Origin: Mobula birostris
Taxonomy: Eukaryota
Assembly: GCF_030028105.1 (NCBI RefSeq)
Contig: NC_092375.1
Span: 145,823,415-145,887,414 of the forward strand
Direction of reading: 5' to 3'
Length of the DNA stretch: 64,000 nucleotides
Positions 24,196 to 38,395 of the stretch are shown here, in pieces. A program made the position numbers and the translations under genes. The first letter of the stretch is position 1, and each line of letters opens with the position of its first letter. The notes beneath the pieces are model-generated. The model was not told the origin of the DNA and made no database searches. It saw only the letters and a list, made by a program, of their open reading frames with translations.

Positions 24196-25919
24196 ACTGC
24201 CCTCTCTTGTGTCTTAAAGTCTAGTAGGGCCACAGAAAATATCTGGTCAGTTTGTGGTAGTTTTACAGAATATCATGTACACAGTTATAGCACGTGGACA
24301 TTGATAGTTCAGATCTCAGTAAAACAAAAATCACAAAATACAAAAAGTGGATCGGAGGTTTATAAGTCAAGCATAGGGAAGTGAACATCTCAGTCAGCAT
24401 GGACCAGTTGGTGTGAGGAGACACTTTCTGTGCTGTGTTAATCTATGATTCATTTGATGTAACCCACAAAGAGCAGGGAACATGGAACATAGAATGTGAA
24501 AATATACTGCACAGTACAGGTCCTTCGGACTATGATTTTGTGCCAGCCTTTTAACTTGTTGGAATGTCAAATTAACCCTTTCCTCTCACAGAGCCTTCCA
24601 TTTTTCTTTCAATCATATGCCCATCTTAAAGTTGCTCAGATATATCATCCTCTATCATCACACCTGGCAGAGTGTTCCAGACACTTACAACTCTGTAAAA
24701 ACCTTATGTTTTGCATCCCCACCACACTTTGCTCCAGTTTCTTTAAATTTATGTGCTCTCCTGTTGGCCACTTCAGCCTTGGGAATAATTCTCTGACTGT
24801 CCTCTCTACTTATTCCTTGTAACATCTTATAAGAGATAAGAGGAATTGGACAGAAAATAATTTTGACTATTAAAGTTTTAATGGAATGAATGGCTTCTTT
24901 TCATGAATTTGTGTGGTGTTTCATTCACAATAAAACATCCACCTTATTCACCAAATTAGGTTGCTTCTTGGCTGGATTACAAAAACCTACTTGTTTAATT
25001 GCATGATATCAGAGAACCACGGTGAGGTTAAGGCATGGAATGAGGCTCTTTGAGCTAACATGGATTCAATGGGCCAATGTTGAAGCAATCTGTCCTCTCC
25101 CACAAATTGCAAGTTATTTCAAAATCATCTGCTTCACATTTGTCAGGTAATAAGAAACAAAATGTCAGGTTCCATCAGATATCCAGGTTGAAATGAGAGA
25201 TGATTGTTATTGTTTCCAACAATCACATCCTGTGTAGAGTTATATTTACAGTTCTGACAGAGGAAGTGAGGAATGAGGAATCTGAAAACCCTCAGAATAA
25301 TTTGCATTTTTTTATATTAGTAATTCAAGCTATTTACAGACACAGACCAGCACATACTGTATGTACATTTATCATTTACCATGATCCTTTAACACAAATT
25401 TTACATTAGTTACATGTTATCTTCAGTGGAACTAAATTCTGTAAACTTTGTTCTTTTTGTTAATACTGTCTTCAGAAACCCATAACAAGCTCCTCAATCA
25501 GGTATTACTCTCTATCGATACGCAAAAGATCCATCTAATTCAGAAACACAATAACAACATTATTTCTGTCATATATACATTCGTGATTATATTGAGCATG
25601 CTTTAATGTCCTTGTATATCTTTTATGTGATCAATAACCAAATTTTTTTTGATATTCATGAAATTAAATGGTTCTTAGCTGCCTCCTGTAGAAACAGTGA
25701 ACTTCCTCAATCTTAAGTCATGATTGTCTAGGTTTTAATTGCCTTCAATGCAGAGATAAATGTTCTCCACATTATTTCATTAAGGATAGTCTTGAAATAT
25801 AATTAATTATTGATAATCCTGAGGCTTGATACAACTGTATCTATATATAAAGTCTGATAATTATATGCATTTTGACATGATTATACTGCATTAAGGACAC
25901 ATAAAATCCTTTATTCCAG

Positions 25920-26195
25920 TACCGAGGGGGCACCTACAGGATGAAGATTTATGAGAAGCCTGACTTTGGAGGGCAGATGATGGAATTCATGGATGACTGT
26001 CCCTCTGTCTATGATCGTTTCCATTGCCGTGACATCCACTCCTGTCAGGTGATGGATGGTTACTGGATCTTCTATGAACATCCCAACTACAGAGGCCAAC
26101 AGTATTTCCTGAGACCCGGGGAATACAGGAGATACATTGACTGGGGCGGCTACAACTCAATGATCGGGTCCTTCAGGCGCATGAGGGACTTCTAG
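25920..26195 (+). CDS. cryg: Gamma-crystallin gene 1, exon 3 (Greek keys 3-4)
   Basis: ttccag|[23 protein letters not shown]...GSFRRMRDF*; 276 nt. The spliced product is 175 aa and resembles shark gammaS1/gammaM-type crystallins. Confidence 0.97.
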   Translation, partial: YRGGTYRMKIYEKPDFGGQMMEFMDDCPSVYDRFHCRDIHSCQVMDGYWIFYEHPNYRGQQYFLRPGEYRRYIDWGGYNSMIGSFRRMRDF

Positions 26196-26241
26196 TTGGC
26201 TCTCTTTCACCAGCATATGATTCTGAGAACATATTTCAGAA

Positions 26242-26247
26242 AATAAA
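26242..26247 (+). terminator. Polyadenylation signal, gene 1
   Basis: AATAAA about 45 nt after the stop codon; conserved in gene 2. Confidence 0.75.
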
Positions 26248-27399
26248 ATAATGTTTGCAAGACCATTGTTATTGTAATTCATTTATTTTCATGTTGCCAT
26301 AACATTGCGTTAACTATACAAAACAGCGATGGTACCTGAGTCCGGTGTGGAGGCTTTGACCCATATTAACCTCAACTCAGGATTATTTCTCATTTTAGCT
26401 GCTGTCATTGTGGAGATAAATTTTATCCAGAGACATGCTGAATATGTAATTCATTATTGATCAGGTCATCTTCTCTTATTGAGAGTATAGTGATAAATTG
26501 TCACACCTCTGTGGATTCCTGTTCTTATGGAGAGATACAATATGGAAACAAGCCCTTTGCCCCACTGAGTCAGAGCTGAACATCACCTACCCACTTACAT
26601 GAATCCTTCATTGATCTCATTTTTAAAATCTCCACATATTCTCATAATTTCCCCAAATTGTAGTTACCTACAGACAGAGAACAACATACAATGGCCGATT
26701 TACCCACCAAATAGTTCACCTCCCAGATCTAGAACAAAACCAGAACACCTAGAAAGAAGACACGGGCTTGCAGTGAGAATGTGCAAATCCTATACAGACA
26801 TCACTTTAGGTTGCTGACATAGTGAGGCAGTGGTTCTACTACCTGCACCACCACACTGCCTCTTCCCGCCTGTTGCAATCTGGACACATACCATCCATTT
26901 TTGTGCCAGCATTCTTGAGACGTTTACAGCCCAAAAGACAAAAGTGCCGACAATAACATCGTTAATGAGAATTCTTGTCACAAGCTACTAATTAGAGAGA
27001 CTCCCTTTTCCCGAATGATCTTTCCTTCACAACTAATTTCTGACCATGTGAAAGGACACTTCCAATTACAAGCAATTTCATTTGTATTATGATTAGTGAG
27101 GGATAAATACAGATTAGAAGATTGCATTGACAGCTGTCCATCGTGCAAGAGACCTTGAACTGTGAGACAGAGGGAAGGTAGCCAGTATAAAGAAGGACTG
27201 GAGCAGGGGTTGGCAGATAGATACAGGGGAAGGGATGAGTGAAAGTCCTAAGGATTTCTTGTGTGAGTGTTGTTGGGGAGTGTTCAAAGGAATTCAGAAA
27301 GTTAAAGTGTAAGAACAATAGTAATAGTGATATGAGTAACCAGACTGTGAAGAGGGTAGACATCCAACTGGAGATAGAGCAGGAGAAAATGGAAAACAT

Positions 27400-27800
27400 C
27401 CTGAAGTGAAGATCTGGAAGAATCCCTCCATCATAAAATATCTCACCATCATCCCTCCTTTCTCATCTTCCTTCCTTCTCATTTTCCAGCTCCTATGGCC
27501 TTTTGTATCTCCGCCTATCACATTTCATCCTCTGTCTCTCCCTCCTGGATCCACCTTCCATTACTCCCCCTCTCCTTGTCTGTTTATATGTATCACCTTC
27601 CAGCCATTCTCTCGCACCCTTCACCCTGACCTTCCCCATACATGGTTCTATCCCTTTTCCCACCTGGTTACACCTGTTGCCTGCCAGTCCCTGCCTCATT
27701 CCTCTCCCTCCCCTCTATTTACTGGCTATCTCCCTTCTACACTCTTATTCCTGATGCAAGGCCTCGAAGTAAAACATTGACCACCCTTTTGCCTCCACAG
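27400..27800 (+). mobile_element. Degenerate Penelope-like 3' region
   Basis: Pyrimidine-rich tract ending in CCTGATGCAAGGCCTCGAAGTAAAACATTGAC, resembling the pLTR hammerhead region. Confidence 0.4.
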
Positions 27801-29327
27801 GAAATTTCCAACACCCAGCGAGTCAACACTAAATCAGCCATTTTCCTCCATGAACTTCTTTTGTGAGTTGGACAGGAGATGCTGATGTCAGTATTAAATG
27901 CACATTCGGTGGCTACACTGGGACCTGATTACTGTGTCAGGAGTTAATGTGAAGACAAAGCTCACATGCAACCTTCAGATGCCAAACTAAGTAAGCTGAG
28001 GTGTCAGTTCATTGGCTAAACCAAGGTGCATCCTGCAGAAAACAGTGGACTGATTTTTTGTATAGTACAAAAATCAAAGCTTATAATGACCAGCAATCAA
28101 AACTGCAATTTGTGGAAATGAAATCTTCATATCCCTCTGCAGATGCTGCCTGCCCCTCTGAGTTCCTTCAGCAGTTTATTGTTTAATAACTAAAGTGAAT
28201 GAGTTTTGGAGAAGCGGAGAAAGCGCCAAGGACAGTAATATTGGCGTGAGTCAGTTCCAGACCAGTAAATAGTAATACCAATGAAAGGCACAGAAAATAC
28301 AGTAACTATCGGCCACTCTCATCTACAAAGACAGAGAAAATCAAGTTAGCTATTATTGCAGAGAGGTAGAATTGATGGAGAGTAAGTCAGATGGTTTTCA
28401 AGACCAGTGTGTGGGAAAAAAATGAGAACATAAGCTGTTTTAGATCAAAGGTTGTGCAAAGAGAGAGGGTTCATTACAAATCTTGCAGAAATCCACCTTC
28501 TTGAAGTGCTGGAGTTGGTGGGATGTGGGTGTACTCATTAAGTTATTAAGAGAGAGATTTCCCAGATTTTGACCCAGTGACAGTGAAGGAATGGGGATAT
28601 ATTCCAAGTCAAGACAGTTTGTAGCTTGGATGGCAACTTCCAGTTGGTGTCATTAAGGTAGAAAGGGAGCAGGAACAATTCACAAGGATGATATTGGGAC
28701 TTGAAGTTTGAGTTACGAGAAGTGACAGAATTGTGTCCCGCAGAGTAAAGGAAACTGATGGGTGATATTACAGTAATATTTAAAGTTATGAGGGGCATAT
28801 GGATTAGGTAGAGGGTCACAATATTTTCCCAGGGTAGTGGAGTTTAAAATTGGAGGGCATATATAGACGCAGTGAGAGGGGAAAGATTTAAGACATAAGA
28901 CATAGAGCAAAATTTAGGCCCTTTGGCCAATCAAGTTTTCTCCCCTATTTGATCATGGCTGGTCCATTTCTCTGTCAACCCCATTCTCCAGCCTTCTCCC
29001 CGTACCTTTCACACCCTATCCTGTCTATCAACCTCCTGTTTAAAGACACCCAATGACCTGGCCTCCACAGCTGCCTGTGAGAACTAATTCGACAGCTTCA
29101 CCATCCTCAGCTAAAGCAATTCTTCTTCATCACCGTCCCTCACCCTATCATTCTTCTACATTTCAGTGTGTACACCCCAGAACAATGCAACCCTCCTCAT
29201 GTGACAAGCCTTTGAACCCTCTCCAGTATCAGCACATTGTTTCTTACTGTATATAGAATATCCACAGTATATTACATGCATTTTTGACACGATTATATAA
29301 AGTATGCATTAAAATAATTTATTCCAG

Positions 29328-30283
29328 TACTGAGGAGGCAACTACAATGGTGAGAATTTACCAGAGGGCTGTTGACCATTCATCCATGGTACGAGGTGAT
29401 GAAACTCACTACACAAACTGTAACTAATGGGCACTGGCACTTTATTGTCTCTGCACATACAACAATGGAACTATATTGCCCCCGTGTCAACAACTTAGAA
29501 TATGAATTCTACTGTTTCCTCACTCATAGCACTTTTCCCGTTTATAACACCGTAATGGGGGATTTCCGTTGGCCAGCCCCTTCGCCCAGCCCCTGTGTGG
29601 GGGTTCTTCCTGTAATGGTGGATCTCTTGACAGGATGCTCGAAGAGCCCACTTTTGTATTCGTTCCTTACCAATTCAAATATTGCATTGCAGTGTCATTG
29701 GCTGTAGGTCAAGGGTCTGACATTTAACACCCTTTTATTGGCTCTGTTCCAGGCTCACATCCATTTATTACCCTCTTCCCAGCAAGTGACAATCAATAAT
29801 TTATCGCTCTTTGCTCTCTTCAGTAACCAGCTCGAATCACTCCAGCATTCACAAACCTGCATTTTACATTATATCAAAACACCTCACAAATTACTTCTTA
29901 TTTGGATGTTACCTGAAGCAACATTGTGTTTTCTTTAAAACACAGAAAGCAAAGCAACTTTATCTCACAAAATGGAAGACGTAAAACAGTTCCACAAAGT
30001 GGCGGCCTCCATCTCCAATTACATGGCAGGAACAAAGGCAATTGATCTGTCTGCTTCCACTGTCCTTGACCATTTGAGTATGATGTTTTCTTTCATATTT
30101 TATTTCCTCCATGGCCAACAGGGCAGACTTTGGGGGGCAAATGATGAAATTCATTGATGACTGTCCCCCTGTCTATGATTGTTTCTGTTACCGTGACATC
30201 CACTCCTGTCAGGTGATGGATGTTACTGGATCTTCTATGAACATCCCAACTACAGAGGCCAACAGTACTTCCTGAGACCTAAG
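29328..30283 (+). pseudogene. Orphan gamma-crystallin exon 3 split by a solo LTR
   Basis: attccag|TAC TGA GGA GGC AAC TAC...TTTACCAGAGGGC (29328-29369), then the insertion, then AGACTTTGGGGGGCAAATGATG...CTGAGACCT (30125-30280). Stop at codon 2 and frameshifts; no exon 1 or 2 seen upstream. Confidence 0.9.
29370..30120. mobile_element. Solo-LTR-like insertion (751 bp)
   Basis: Ends TGTTGACCAT...ATGGCCAACA (10-bp inverted repeat, 1 mismatch). 4-bp TSD GGGC at 29366-29369 and 30121-30124. Confidence 0.8.
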
Positions 30284-30647
30284 AAGACCATGATATACAA
30301 TGTCTGGGTCTTTAGTTTGGCTCGCTCAGCTACTTGAGCAAATTCTAGGCAGCTACTGTAAAGCATAATGTTGTCTAGAGTAAGGTTTGGTGGACTCAGA
30401 TAAAATGGCCGTTAGTAAGTTATCAGTTCTGTGCTTTGAATTTTCTTGAACCCATATACGATCTTGTATAAGTTTCACTACAGTGATTTGACAACTTACA
30501 TTTGCAGATAATATGGAATAAAGCACTCCTAGAAACTACTGCTCAAAAGAAAACAGAGACAAACTTTAATCCACTACAGTTCTAAATCTATTTTCAATTA
30601 TGTGTCAGTAGATAAGATGCACTCGAGTAGAAAGTCATTCCTGATCA

Positions 30648-33600
30648 TGTTGGTGTTTGCAAATAAAACGAAGTGAGGCATTTCATGTTTAATGAAACCC
30701 GTGACACATTTTATTGAACACCAAAACCTCCAAAAGTGTGCTAATAATCGTTAAGTAAGAACATCATCATGTCAGACCAGCCTCTTAAAGCGAAACCTTA
30801 ACTCGATGTCAGTGTTTGTGAATTACGTACATTCCTCTCAATTACATCACCCTACACAGGCCCAACCCCAGAATTCACTAAAATCGGCATTATGAGCCTT
30901 TCTGGAGCTCGGCTCATCTCCTGTATTCCATCGGTGGAGGAACTGCAGGTGTACCTGGCTTGTCCAGAGGAACATTGACTCCATGTTGTGACTCCAGGGG
31001 CTTGGCAGTGGAATACTCCAAATCTTGGTGGGCCGGTTTCATCAGTTGGGGAAGCCCTCAGAGCCGCATTTAAGGAGCGGTGAAACTGCTTGCATAGGCC
31101 ATTGGACTGCAGGTGATATACTGTGGTGTGATGTAGCCCAACACCAAGGTTCTGGGCAGTCCAGAGGTTTGAAATGTATTGTGGGCCGTGGTCAGAGGAA
31201 ATATCAGATGTGATGCCAAACCGAACAACCCAGGTGCTGATGAATGCCTGAGTCGTGTCTGCAGCAGTTGTCAATGCTAGAGGGATGACCTCTGGCCACC
31301 TGGTGGCACGGTCTATCAAGGAAAGGAGGTAAGTGAAACTGCGCGACAGGGGAAGAGGACAAACAAGGTCCACATGGACATGGTCAAACCTTTGCTCAGG
31401 AACCTCAGAAGATATCAATGCCACCTGAACATGATGGTTAATTTTTGTCCACTGGGACTCCACACAAGCTGCAGTCCAATCATGCATGTCCCTTCTGAGG
31501 TCATGCCAAACAAACTTTAGTGCAAGCAGTTTCTGTAAGGCCTTCCAGACTGGATGCAGAGGCCATGTCTAGATTTGAAAACAGTCTGTCTCCAGTTTGC
31601 GGGCACGATGGGGCGAGGGTGATTGGTTGAGACATCGCACAGAAGAGAAACCCTAGCTTCCCTGAACTTAATGTCAGCCAGCTGCAGGTCCGTGAGAGCT
31701 GTTCAGTAAGCATGGACCTCTGAGTCAATAACCTGGTTGGTTGCCATGCCAGCATAGGCAACTCCTATGTGAACGGCCCCAGTGGCTGGCTGTGAGATGC
31801 AATCAGTCATGGCAATATTTTTCCCCTAGTTATGCTGTACATCAGTTGTGAACTCACATACGTAGGGCAGGTGGTGTAGCTGTCATGCAAACCAAGATTC
31901 TGATATTTTGACCATCTTGCGCAGGAGAGGTTTGTGGTTAACGAATGCTGTGAAATGGCGACCCTCCAGAAGAAAAAGAAAATGGCGAACAGCCAGATAG
32001 AGATTGGGAAACTCATGGTCGAATGCGCTGTGCTTCCTCTTGATGGGGTGGAGCTGCTGGCTGAAGAAGGTGAGCGGCTGACACACTCCTCCAACCAGCT
32101 GTTCACGCACAGCACCCACAGCATAGTCTGAGGCATCAGTAGCAATGGCTATGGATATGCTGGGAACCGGATGCACCACTAGGCTCGCATTAGAAAGTGC
32201 ACATTTGGTAATGTCAAATGCCCTGGTTATGTCTGCTGATTAGTCAAGCACTTGATCGGGGTATTGCCTTTAAGTGCACGATACAGGGAGAGCATAATGT
32301 AGTGTGGGGAAATCTAAAGCAGTGGCTACTTTACATGGGAGGGGTTTCGCACCCTCCCTGGAGATGCGATGGCTGAGAAAGTCATGGGTGACAACCCAAA
32401 CTGGCATTTAGCAGGTTTAATAATCAACCCGCGTTGGCTTAAGCACTTGAAAAGTGTGTGGAGTTTCAGATTGGTATGCACTGGTGACAGGTATGTCACC
32501 CAGGTAAAGATAAAGAAAATCGAAGTCTTTTAATTGAGAATCCATCAGCCATTGGAAAGTTTCTGTTGCATTTTTCAGTCCAAACTGCATGTGCAGAAAC
32601 ACAAAAAATCCAAACAGGGTTATCACAGCTGCTTTGGGAACTTTGGAAAAAATTAACTTTTTGGCTAAATGTGCCAAAAAATCTTGGATGTGTGGCACTG
32701 GGTAACGATCTGAGGTAGTGACTTCGTTCAGGTGTTGGTAATCTCCACATAGGCAGCAACCACTATCAGATTTAGGGACCAGATGGAGGGAGAAGCCCAG
32801 GGGCTACTCGAACAGTGTACAATGCTGAATTTTTCCATGTTGGCAAACTCAGCCTTGGCAGTTTCCAGCTTTTCTGGGTTCAGTCTATGCGCGCAGGCTT
32901 GGATTGCTGGGCCAGTTGAGGGAATATGGTGCTTGACACCATGTTTTGCGACTGTAGTGGAGAATGTAGGCTTGGTGAGGTTTGGGAATTTGCCCAACAT
33001 CGAGCAAGCTCATATGTGGTGGTGCATGCGATTGGCAGAGTCATTGTGGGGAACTTACTGGGCGAGCAGGGTAATGACCTAAAGCCCTTGACATCCACAA
33101 GCCGGCAGTCTTAAGATTGACTAATGATCCTTGGGCATACAGGAAACCTGCACCAAGCAGAGTTCGAGCCACGTTAGCCAGGACAAAGTCCCATGTGCAA
33201 TGTCATCCATTGCATCACCCGTCGTGTCCTGTGAGTCTGGATCCTGCTGCCGTTGGCGGCCTCCAGTGAGGTTTCGTCACCCTCTGCCTTCTCATCAACA
33301 GGCGATGCTGGCAGTGCACCAACTTGAATACCTGTATCACATAAGAAATGTCAACCCGAAATGGTGTCTGTAATGAACAGTCCATGCCCCTGGCAATTGG
33401 AGCCCATGGTGGTCACAGATCTCTGATATCCCGATGTGCTGGCACTGTCAAAGTTGCAAGGTGATTGGCAATTCCTCGCATTCGTTCCAAAGTGACTGTG
33501 GTAAAAACACAGACACGGAGCAGTCTATTTCCTGGTGTTGGTGGCCTTGCTGCCTGGGCTTATTGAGGTAGGGAGAGGAGGAGGAATAACGCACCTCTGC

Positions 33601-34340
33601 CTAGTAGAGTGGAGGTTATCAGACATTTTAACAAGTTCTCTGTAATCCTTCATGGGTGCATTAGCAGGGGCATTGCGAACTTGCTGAGGAATTCGCTGCA
33701 TGAAGAGTTCTTTAAAAATAATATAAAGATGGTGATTTCCCAGGAGAGACAGCATGTGGTCCGTTAGCCCCAAAGGTCTAACAATGCTGAGACTGGGTAG
33801 GGAGAGCAATTGTTTGGTTGGTGTGCTTAGACTCCGATAGTCCTAAAGTCTGTAAAAGTTGAGTTTTCAGTGATTGGTATTTATGGTGTACAGGTGGGTG
33901 TTCAAACAGACTCACTACTCTCACAGTCGTGGAATTGCTGAGCAATGCTACCATATCGTAGATTTTGGTGTCACTGGCAGTAATTTCTCACAGAGCGAAT
34001 TAGGCCTCTGCTTGTACAAACCAAGCGATGGCATTTTGTTCCAAAATCTTTGGCATTTTCAAAGCAACTTTGTTGGCGAACATGTTCAATAAATCTGGAA
34101 TTGTCCCAGAGCATTGGGGGTTACTAACACAGGTTTCCAGAAATAAAATGTAGTGAGGTGTTTTATATTTAATGAAACCTGTAACACTTTTTATTGAACT
34201 CCAAAACCTGAACACAAAAGCACGCTAAAAATCCTTACTTAACAATATTATCACCTCAAACTAGACTCTTAAAGCGAAACCCTAACTCAATGTCGGAGTT
34301 TCTGAATTATGTACATTCCCTCCAATTACGTTACCCTACA
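30648..34340 (-). mobile_element. Ty3/Gypsy LTR retrotransposon (copy B), degenerate gag-PR-RT-RH-IN
   Basis: LTRs at 30648-30856 and ~34128-34340; TSD ATCA (30644-30647, 34341-34344). RT (SPWASP, FGLKNA, YLGD), RNase H (TDASDYAVGAV) and integrase (FDHVHVDLV, SDHGPQY) fragments. Confidence 0.9.
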
Positions 34341-34837
34341 ATCATACTCGTTATGTACAATGGCAGTGTTGACACATTATACTCCATTTCCAAAGCAGAG
34401 TTCTAATAAATTCCACTGAACTAAACTTTGAAAGTGAAGATCAGCACAGATTTACTGCCATCTCCTGCCCAGGTGTGGATGGACAATCTCCAGCTCACTC
34501 TATCATTGTTTTATGGTCAAAGGCTAATATTCCCAGATTCAATGTCAGCACCGAAATCCTTCAATTGGTCCCATCAGCTTTACAGCACAAGGTAATCCTA
34601 ATGTTATTGTGAACTTTCAGCAGAGGTTGCATATTGCAACCTAAAGACCTGATTTACGGGGTAAAAACACTGCTGTAAGAAGTATGCAAATGATGTCTGG
34701 AAACCATTTGTCATACGAAGGTGAATTGTGTACAGAATTGTCGGGGTCATTGTCCCAATGAGTACCATTTCACCTGGAAGTGATCACTATAGTTATCCGG
34801 CCCAGGTACAGTTGCAAATGTCTGGGCAAATTGTACA

Positions 34838-37800
34838 ATCTGCGAGAACTGGGGACTCAGTGACAGACTACACGGTAACAGACCTAGGAATGGAAACGAC
34901 GACGAAACAGACAACTAGCACGGCAATTGACAGAGCAGCAGCTCCGGAAGGACACGAACTACAATGTTGCATCTGAGGCTGGACAAAGATAACATCAGAG
35001 AAGGGGCTCAAGATCCACCAGGGCAGGAAAAAGTGCCTGAGGGAGCTCGGCGAGGGGCCTCGCGTTGACCATTATCTTCTAAGAGGTAGATCAAATCAGT
35101 CAAGCGGAGTCCAGTGGCAGGACAAACACAACAGTCCACAGGGTATCCGCACCCCGGGCGAAGCTCAACCAAGCACAGATCCACCACCAGACACGAGTCC
35201 AGAGCCCAACCAGCCACGGCCAGCAGCAGAAAGGAAGATGAAAGGACAGAAGCCCCAAATCTTGTGGCCTAAATCCTGCCAGAAGAATGAGTGGGAAATC
35301 ATCAACATGGACCTAGTCCATCTTCTAGAAGGACTGAAGGGAAGTGTGGAAATAAAACTGAAGAAGTGGGGAGACACCATATACAGCTGTGGGTTAGAGA
35401 GATTTGGGGTGAAAAAACACAGAAGGAACCTTCAGTCCAGCCTACATCTAGGAGACAGCAGGAAATCGAAAGACTGGTGAAGGAAAGGAGACAGCTGAGG
35501 AAACAGTGGAGGAAGTCCACAGAAGGGGAAAGGAAAGGAATTGAGGTATTACAAGCAGAAATAAGGCAGCGCTTGACAAAGCAGCGAATGTTTGAGAAAA
35601 ACAACATAAGAGGAAAGAACGAGTGAGGGCAAGCTTTTACAGAGACCCTTACAAGTTCATCAAAAGCCTCGTTGGCAAGGAGAAGAGCAGGGTCCTTAGA
35701 GTACCTGTGAGGGAACTGGAGGAGCTCCTAAGGAAGACCCACTCTGATAACCAGGGGCATGAACCAGTCACCATTCCGAATGACATGGAACCAATCCACC
35801 CACCTGAGCACCAGATGGACATAAGGCCCCCTACATGGAAGGAGGTGGAAAGTAAAGTTAAACGAGCAAGATCAAGCTCCAGGGCCCAATGGCGTCCCAT
35901 ATAGACTCTATAAGAACACCTCTGGCATCCTGAAATATCTCTGGAATCTAATGAAGGTGGCATGGGAGAAAGGAATTATACTTAAGGCATGGCGAAGGGC
36001 GGGAGGGATACTAATACCCAAAGAGAAGAATTCCTCAACAATCAGTCAGTTCTGCCAGATCAGTCTCCTGAATGTGGAAGGAAAGATCTTCTTTGGTGTC
36101 GTGGCTCAAAGACTTTCAGCCTTTTTGCAGAACAACAACTTCGTCGATACATCGGTGCAGAAAGCAGGAATACGTGGTTTCCCAGGATGCCTGGAACACG
36201 CAAATGTCACCTAGCACCAGATACAAACTGCCAAGAAAGAAAAGAAAGACCTGCATGTGGTCTTCCTAGTTCTTGCCAATGCTTTTGGGTCGGTGCCTCA
36301 CGAGACTCTGTGGACAGCTTTCAGCTTTTTCCAGGTTCCAGAGGGCATCACAAAGCTGGTCAAAGCGTACTTCCAGGATCTGCAGTTCTGTGTCACCACA
36401 CAAGATAACACCACCACATGGCTGCACCTTGTGATAGGCATAATGGCGGGCTGTACCATCTCTCCTCTGGCATTTATCATGGCAATGGAGCTCATTATCC
36501 AAACATCACAATGGGTGGTCGGAGGGAAACACTTGAAGAGTGGGCTGCGTCGTCCTCCAATCAGGGTGTACTTAGATGACATGTCCACAATAACAACAAC
36601 TAAAGCATGTACCAAATACCTGCTGGATAAACTCCAGGGAAACATCAAATCGGCACGAATGGAGATCAAACCCAGTAAGTCTCGCAATATCTCAATTGTT
36701 AAAGGCCGGCTCACCGACATAAGGTTTTGTATCAATTTTGGGCCAATACTTACTGTCCTGGAGAAACCCATCAAGAGCCTCGGACGTTGGTACAACGCAG
36801 ACCTCAGAGACACAGAGCAGGTGGAACAACTAAGGCAGGATACAATCAGTGGCCTCAAGCTAATCAACAACATGGCTCTCCCAGGGAGGTTGACGCTTTG
36901 GTGCTTTCAGTTTGGACTGCTGCTCTGACTTATGTGGCCAATTACCATCTATGAGGTCACTAGGTCTCATGCAAATCGGCTGGAGAGGCTGGTGAGCTCA
37001 CATGTGAGGAAGTGGCTTGGGCTACCAAGATGCCTTAGCAGCATAGGACTTTATGGGAACGGAGCCCTTTCTCTGCCAATTTCTAGCCTGGTGGAGGAAT
37101 ACAAATGTGCCAAAACAAGGCTGGATATGACATTCAAAAAATCTCGGGACCCAATCGTAAGAGGAGTTGCTCCTGTTCTAGCAACCCGGAAGAAATGGAC
37201 CCCACCCACAGCAGCACTGGACGTAGAAGCCGCCGTCTGACACTGGGACATAGTGGGCTAAGTCCAACAGGGCAGAGGAGGCTTTGGCCTTGGAGTGATG
37301 AAACCTACCTGGCAAAAGGCTACTACAACTGAACACCGACACCTGGTGATGGAGGAGGTGCGACACCAAGAAGCAGCAGCCAGATGTGCCAAAGCAATAT
37401 CCCAAACCAAGCAAGGCTGCTGGATGAGGTGGGAGGGTGATGAGAGGAGGAAAATCACATGGAGTGAGCTGTGGACCATGGAGTCAAACAGATCATCATC
37501 ATCAGAGAAACGTATACCCTACCCTGTCCTACAAACCTAAATCTTTGTCTGGGAGAGGGTCCAGCCTGTCCTCTGTGCAAAGTTCCGGCATCCCTCAAGC
37601 ACATCTTGGTTAGTTGCAAGGGCAGCCTAATACAAGGCAGATACACCTGGAGACACAACCAAGTTCTGAGGTGTTTGGCAGCTGAACTTGAGTGTAAGAG
37701 AGTAACTGCCAATGCCAGGCCTCTCAATGCCCAGACAACGGTCCCACAACTACCATCCTTTATCCAGGAAGGAGAGAAACTGGGAGCTAACCCCTGGCCT

Positions 37801-38395
37801 CACGACTCATGCCCACTGAGTGCAGCCAGGGACTGGGAAATGCGTGCTGACTTAGGCCAGAAACTTGCCTTCCCATCTGAAATTGCAACGACCAACCTGT
37901 GGCCTGACCTGGTCCTTTGGTCCAACTCCTGTTGGCGCGTCTTTATCATTGAGCTGACGGTCCCCTGGGAGGCTTACGAACGGAAAAGGCCGCGATATGC
38001 CAACCTTGCAGTTGAAGCAGAGGAGCCAGGCTGGAACGTAAAAGTGCGCCCAGTTGAAGTGGGGTTCAGGTGCTTTGTAGCCAGTTCCACCGTAAAGCTG
38101 CTGAGGGAAGTAGGGGTTAGAGGGCAGGCCCACAGGAAGGCAATTAAAGCACTTGCTAATGCCGCCGAAATGAGCAGTCACTGGCTGTGGCTGAAAAGAA
38201 GGGGTGCTGTCTGGGCTGCCAAGTGACCATCTAGAGACTAACCATGTGACACACATCCAGGACTGATCAGCCTGTGGTGGACCTGCCTCGACTGAGAGTG
38301 ACTTGTGATAAAAGATCGAAACACCTGGTGATGTTGAGGTACACAACTGAAGATGTGTCGTAATGGTAATAACATCATCTAGTGGTCATCTTTAA
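34838..38395 (+). mobile_element. HERO/R2-superfamily non-LTR retrotransposon with restriction-like endonuclease, degenerate
   Basis: N-terminal zinc finger ...GLKIHQGRKKC (~34960-35037), RT motifs NAFGSVPH, GIMAGCTISP and VYLDD, CCHC knuckle CPLC...LKHILVSC, and PD-(D/E)xK endonuclease PDLVLW...IIELTVPWE...AYERK. Absent from copy A. Confidence 0.88.

Noticed and set aside
38300-38360. GAAAC...CTGAAGA in the HERO 3' UTR as a possible type II hammerhead
   Set aside because: I could not build stems I-III with a valid NUH cleavage site. A covariance search on the family consensus would be needed.
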